A DNA stretch of 38,346 nucleotides from a virus (Duplodnaviria > Caudoviricetes): positions 1 to 38,346 of the IMG/VR virus record IMGVR_UViG_3300040734_000108; one strand, written 5' to 3'. Each line of letters starts with the position of its first letter. Within the stretch, counting starts at the first letter, position 1. The notes beneath the pieces were generated by a model. It did no database searches and was not told the origin of the DNA. It worked only from the letters and a program-made list of their open reading frames with translations. Below, one piece after another: positions 35,034 to 38,346 of this stretch. The translations under genes were made by a program, and so were the position numbers.

Positions 35034-35807
35034 GTGGCCTTTGAACAGAGCTTTGACGAGCTGTTGAACAGCATCCTGACCGACTACAAAAACCAGTTTC
35101 CCGAGGCGGACATCTCCCAGGGGAGCCTGATCTTCATCAAGAGTTCGTGCCTGGCTTCGGCCTTGTGGGGGCTGTACCAGTACCAGGGATACATCTCCCG
35201 GCAGATTTTTCCCGATACGGCGGATACGGAGAACCTGGAGCACCATGCCTGGGTGCGGGGCGTGGCCCGTAAGGTGAACGAAGGGAACCCGGATCTGTTG
35301 GCCCGACTGCTGGAATACATCCGCCGGCCGCCGGCGGGGGGCAACCAGTACGATTACGTCAAGTGGGCACTGGAGATCCAGGACGTGAAGAGCGCCTACT
35401 GCGTTCCCCTGGGGCAGGGGCTGGGCAGCGTGGACGTGATCATCATCGCCGATGCTACCCGCACCGGGTCTGAGATTCCAACCCAGACATTGCTGAATAC
35501 GGTCAAGGCCTATATCGATGATCTGCGCCCGGTGACCGCCAAATACTGCCGGGTGCTGGCGCCCACATTCGTTACCCAAGATGTGACCATTACCGGCAGC
35601 GGGACCGGCTGGGACAAGAACACGACCGCATCGGATATCACCACCTATCTGTCGACGTTCGTGCCCAATCAGACGCTGTACCGATCACAGCTGGTGAATT
35701 TCGCCCTCCTGAACGGCGCGGATGACGCCACGTGTATCACGCCAAGCGCGAATGTGATTCCCACCGCCAACGCCATTATCCGTCCGGGGACGATCAGTGT
35801 CACATAA
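35034..35807 (+). CDS. Baseplate wedge J/gp47-like protein (short)
   Basis: QIFPDTAD.E.L..HA, PPAGGN..DY..WA, G.G.V.V, RPVTA. Confidence 0.9.
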   Translation: MAFEQSFDELLNSILTDYKNQFPEADISQGSLIFIKSSCLASALWGLYQYQGYISRQIFPDTADTENLEHHAWVRGVARKVNEGNPDLLARLLEYIRRPPAGGNQYDYVKWALEIQDVKSAYCVPLGQGLGSVDVIIIADATRTGSEIPTQTLLNTVKAYIDDLRPVTAKYCRVLAPTFVTQDVTITGSGTGWDKNTTASDITTYLSTFVPNQTLYRSQLVNFALLNGADDATCITPSANVIPTANAIIRPGTISVT

Positions 35808-36342
35808 TACTACGCTGAAATTGCTGTTTCCCGCCGAGCTTCAGGGCGTCTTCGACGCTGATGTCGCCGTGGAAGGGTCATGCCTGGACGCGGTTGAAAT
35901 CCGGGCCGTGGAACTGTTGGCGGAGAGTTACGCCAACAGCGCCTACGAACTACTGGAGCGGTGGGAACAGGTCTACGGCCTGCCGGTGGGACCGGACGAT
36001 CCGCTGCAGCTGCGCCAATCCAGGGTGCTGCAAAAGATGCGCGAGCTGGGAAGGCTGGATAGCGCCTATTTCGTTCAACTGGCGGCGGCGTACGGCTTTA
36101 CGGTCTGGATCGACGAACTGCACCCCATGATGGCCGGCTGGGGGTATTGCGGGGAGGAATTGGGGGACGACGACAGTGATTGGTGTTGGCGGGTGTGGGT
36201 TACCGACTCCACCGGCTACTATTTCCGCGCGGATGAGTCGTGCGCCGGGGAATGCCTGTCGTACAGCTACGACCAGATGCTGCTGGATCTGCTGAACGAG
36301 CTGAAACCGGCGGACACGTTTGTTGAAGTTGTTGATGTTTAA
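35797..36342 (+). CDS. Baseplate gp48/YmfQ-like protein
   Basis: LL.RWE..YGL, YF..LA...G, KPA.T; GTG start. Confidence 0.9.
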   Translation: MSHNTTLKLLFPAELQGVFDADVAVEGSCLDAVEIRAVELLAESYANSAYELLERWEQVYGLPVGPDDPLQLRQSRVLQKMRELGRLDSAYFVQLAAAYGFTVWIDELHPMMAGWGYCGEELGDDDSDWCWRVWVTDSTGYYFRADESCAGECLSYSYDQMLLDLLNELKPADTFVEVVDV

Positions 36343-36351
36343 GGAGAGATC

Positions 36352-38346
36352 ATGAATCGAATCGGCACCACTGATGGACTGTTTCACGAGGGAAATCCCG
36401 CCCAGGGGCAAAGGGGAACGAAAGTCACGGATCTGTGGCTGAACAACGTGCAGGAAGAACTTTTGGCTATCATCGAGGACGCCGGATTGACTCCGGATAG
36501 TGGGAATGTGACTCAGATCCTCGCGGCGCTGCGCAGCCTGACAACCCGCAGGGTCAATAATGTAGCGGCGTTGCGGGGATTGGCCGGAAGTTCCTCCCTG
36601 GGTGCCGTGGATACCCTGGGATATTACTCCGCCGGTGATGGCGGCGGGAACAGGTTCGTCTGGATCGACGCCAGCGGAGAAAGCGACAATGGCGGCACGG
36701 TCATCCGGCCGACCGCGGTTACCGGAGCGGGCCGCTGGATCGCCCGCGATCGCTACAGTGTTACCGCCAAGCAGTTCGGACTGAAGGGGGATAAGGTCAC
36801 CAACGATCAGACCCGGATGTCTGCGCTATTAATATCAGATGCTAAACACATACGTTTTGAATCTGGTGTCTATCAGGCATACATGGATAACGTGATCTCT
36901 AATCGGACATTTGTGTTTGACAATGGCGCTATCATCGATGGCGTTGTCCACTTGGCGGTTGGGACTGGCCCGGAATTTTCCGCCCCTTTGACAATTGTTA
37001 CGAATATACGGGCAATAGGGGTTGTAACAGCTACAGTTCGTGTGGGCACCTACTACTGTCAGGGCATTCATGTGGATAAAATCCGGATTGCAGAAACAGA
37101 CAACAGCTATGTGAATCAGACAACTGAGGGTGGATCGCGGGGAGTACATTTTTATTATGGTTCGCAGGACATTGAGGTGGAGATTATCGATTCCGGCGCT
37201 TCAAAAAGCGATACCGCCGCGTTTTTTGTGGACACCTACACGTTGGTTGATTCGGACCATAGGCCGAGAAACATTAAAGTTGGCACCCTGCGGGTCAGAC
37301 AGGCCGGGACAAGTGGCGTCGCCATTACTAATTCCGATCGCATTCACTTTGACCGTATCAACATCGACGGGTATGGCTCGTATCACGGCGTACAATTCTG
37401 CGGATCGGATGTCGTCGTGGGACGCATCGATGTCGATGGGGCTTCATCTACCGGAAGTCCGGCAAACATATATATACTTAACAATAATCGTTGTATCATT
37501 GATAGCATTATCAGCAAAAACGCGAAACTACATGGTTTTTATGTCTCTGGGTCAATTAACACCATTATACGTTCCATAGATTCATCAGAATCTGGATCTG
37601 ATGGTATACGCCTCCTGTCTCCGACAATTATCGGTAACATTACCGCATATAACAATAGTAGTTGCGGCCTTCATGTCATGGCTCCGGCTACTGATGTTAC
37701 GATTGACAATGTTACTGCTTATGGCAATGGCACTCAGGGTGTGTTTGACGATAACGCAGTTAATACAAGCATCCGGGAAATAACATCATACAATCACAGT
37801 GGGGCAGCTGGATGGGGCGTATCACTGTACAATAGCACAGGATTTGTTAATCGATTAATACGGTCAACCAACAATGTTCAGGGTCTCCGTTATGTCGGTA
37901 TTACTAATGCCGTGCTGGGCAACATCATATGCAGCTCAAACAGTGCGTACGATATTGCTATATCGGGCAGCAATAGCGGATTTGCATATACCACGGCAAA
38001 TTACTCCACAATCAATGGTGGCCCGTTGGAATCAATTCCCGGCTTCAAAGGGCGGCTTGTCTCGGTTGGCGACAAGGGACGCGGTGATGAGAGCTGTACT
38101 CTGACGGTGGGAATCGATGCTCCGACACAGAGATTTGGGACGCCGTTGACAGCAGCCAGAACTATTACTCTGACAACAGCTGGAGCTAGGGCCGGAGATC
38201 GATTTAGAATAGTGCGTAATGCCGGTGCTACCGGGGCGTATGTGCTTAGTGTCGGAGGGCTGAAATCGCTCTCCGCCGCCGGTCAGTGGTGTGACGTGGA
38301 ATACAACGGCGGCTCCTGGACCCTGACGGCCTACGGGGATCTCTAG
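36352..38346 (+). CDS. Tail fibre/spike with parallel beta-helix domain
   Basis: Mu-type anchor (F..GNP..G..GT.V...WLN.VQEEL..II..AG); GYY..GDGGG..F.W; Asn/Ile/Gly-rich periodic repeats. Confidence 0.88.
   Translation: MNRIGTTDGLFHEGNPAQGQRGTKVTDLWLNNVQEELLAIIEDAGLTPDSGNVTQILAALRSLTTRRVNNVAALRGLAGSSSLGAVDTLGYYSAGDGGGNRFVWIDASGESDNGGTVIRPTAVTGAGRWIARDRYSVTAKQFGLKGDKVTNDQTRMSALLISDAKHIRFESGVYQAYMDNVISNRTFVFDNGAIIDGVVHLAVGTGPEFSAPLTIVTNIRAIGVVTATVRVGTYYCQGIHVDKIRIAETDNSYVNQTTEGGSRGVHFYYGSQDIEVEIIDSGASKSDTAAFFVDTYTLVDSDHRPRNIKVGTLRVRQAGTSGVAITNSDRIHFDRINIDGYGSYHGVQFCGSDVVVGRIDVDGASSTGSPANIYILNNNRCIIDSIISKNAKLHGFYVSGSINTIIRSIDSSESGSDGIRLLSPTIIGNITAYNNSSCGLHVMAPATDVTIDNVTAYGNGTQGVFDDNAVNTSIREITSYNHSGAAGWGVSLYNSTGFVNRLIRSTNNVQGLRYVGITNAVLGNIICSSNSAYDIAISGSNSGFAYTTANYSTINGGPLESIPGFKGRLVSVGDKGRGDESCTLTVGIDAPTQRFGTPLTAARTITLTTAGARAGDRFRIVRNAGATGAYVLSVGGLKSLSAAGQWCDVEYNGGSWTLTAYGDL

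Larger units (their letters stand above)
1..38346 (+). mobile_element. Mu-like transposable prophage with contractile tail (ends outside the window)
   Basis: Repressor/ner/DDE transposase/AAA ATPase followed by Mor, lysis, gp27-30, protease, capsid, gp36-38, sheath, tape measure and gpN/P/45-48 in Mu order. Confidence 0.97.

Noticed and set aside
36352-38346. Diversity-generating retroelement or Gin-type invertible tail segment
   Set aside because: No reverse transcriptase, template/variable repeat pair, invertase or inverted crossover sites seen; they could lie beyond the window

Overview
The window is an almost complete Mu-like (transposable) prophage with a contractile tail. It is trimmed at stop codons, so neither genome end is visible. 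Gene order: two AT-rich accessory genes and an XRE repressor on the minus strand, then ner, DDE transposase A, AAA ATPase B, semi-essential genes (DUF3164-like, HU, GemA, Mor/C activator), lysis, terminase, portal, MuF, protease/scaffold, capsid, neck, sheath, tube, tape measure, baseplate and a beta-helix tail spike. All family names come from motif and synteny recognition, not database searches. Most unusual features: (1) a tandem pair of tRNA-shaped non-coding units at 8452-8783 with covarying conserved arms and unrelated centres; (2) about 17 REP/REPIN-like palindromes of at least four families at gene junctions, five of them in-frame inside proteins; (3) a MuF head protein with a C-terminal HExxH domain facing a small convergent gene with its own promoter (toxin/immunity-like); (4) three antisense genes embedded in lytic operons, each with its own sigma70-like promoter; (5) three late promoters with identical geometry; (6) a 3.4-kb non-Mu structural module between gp37 and gp38.
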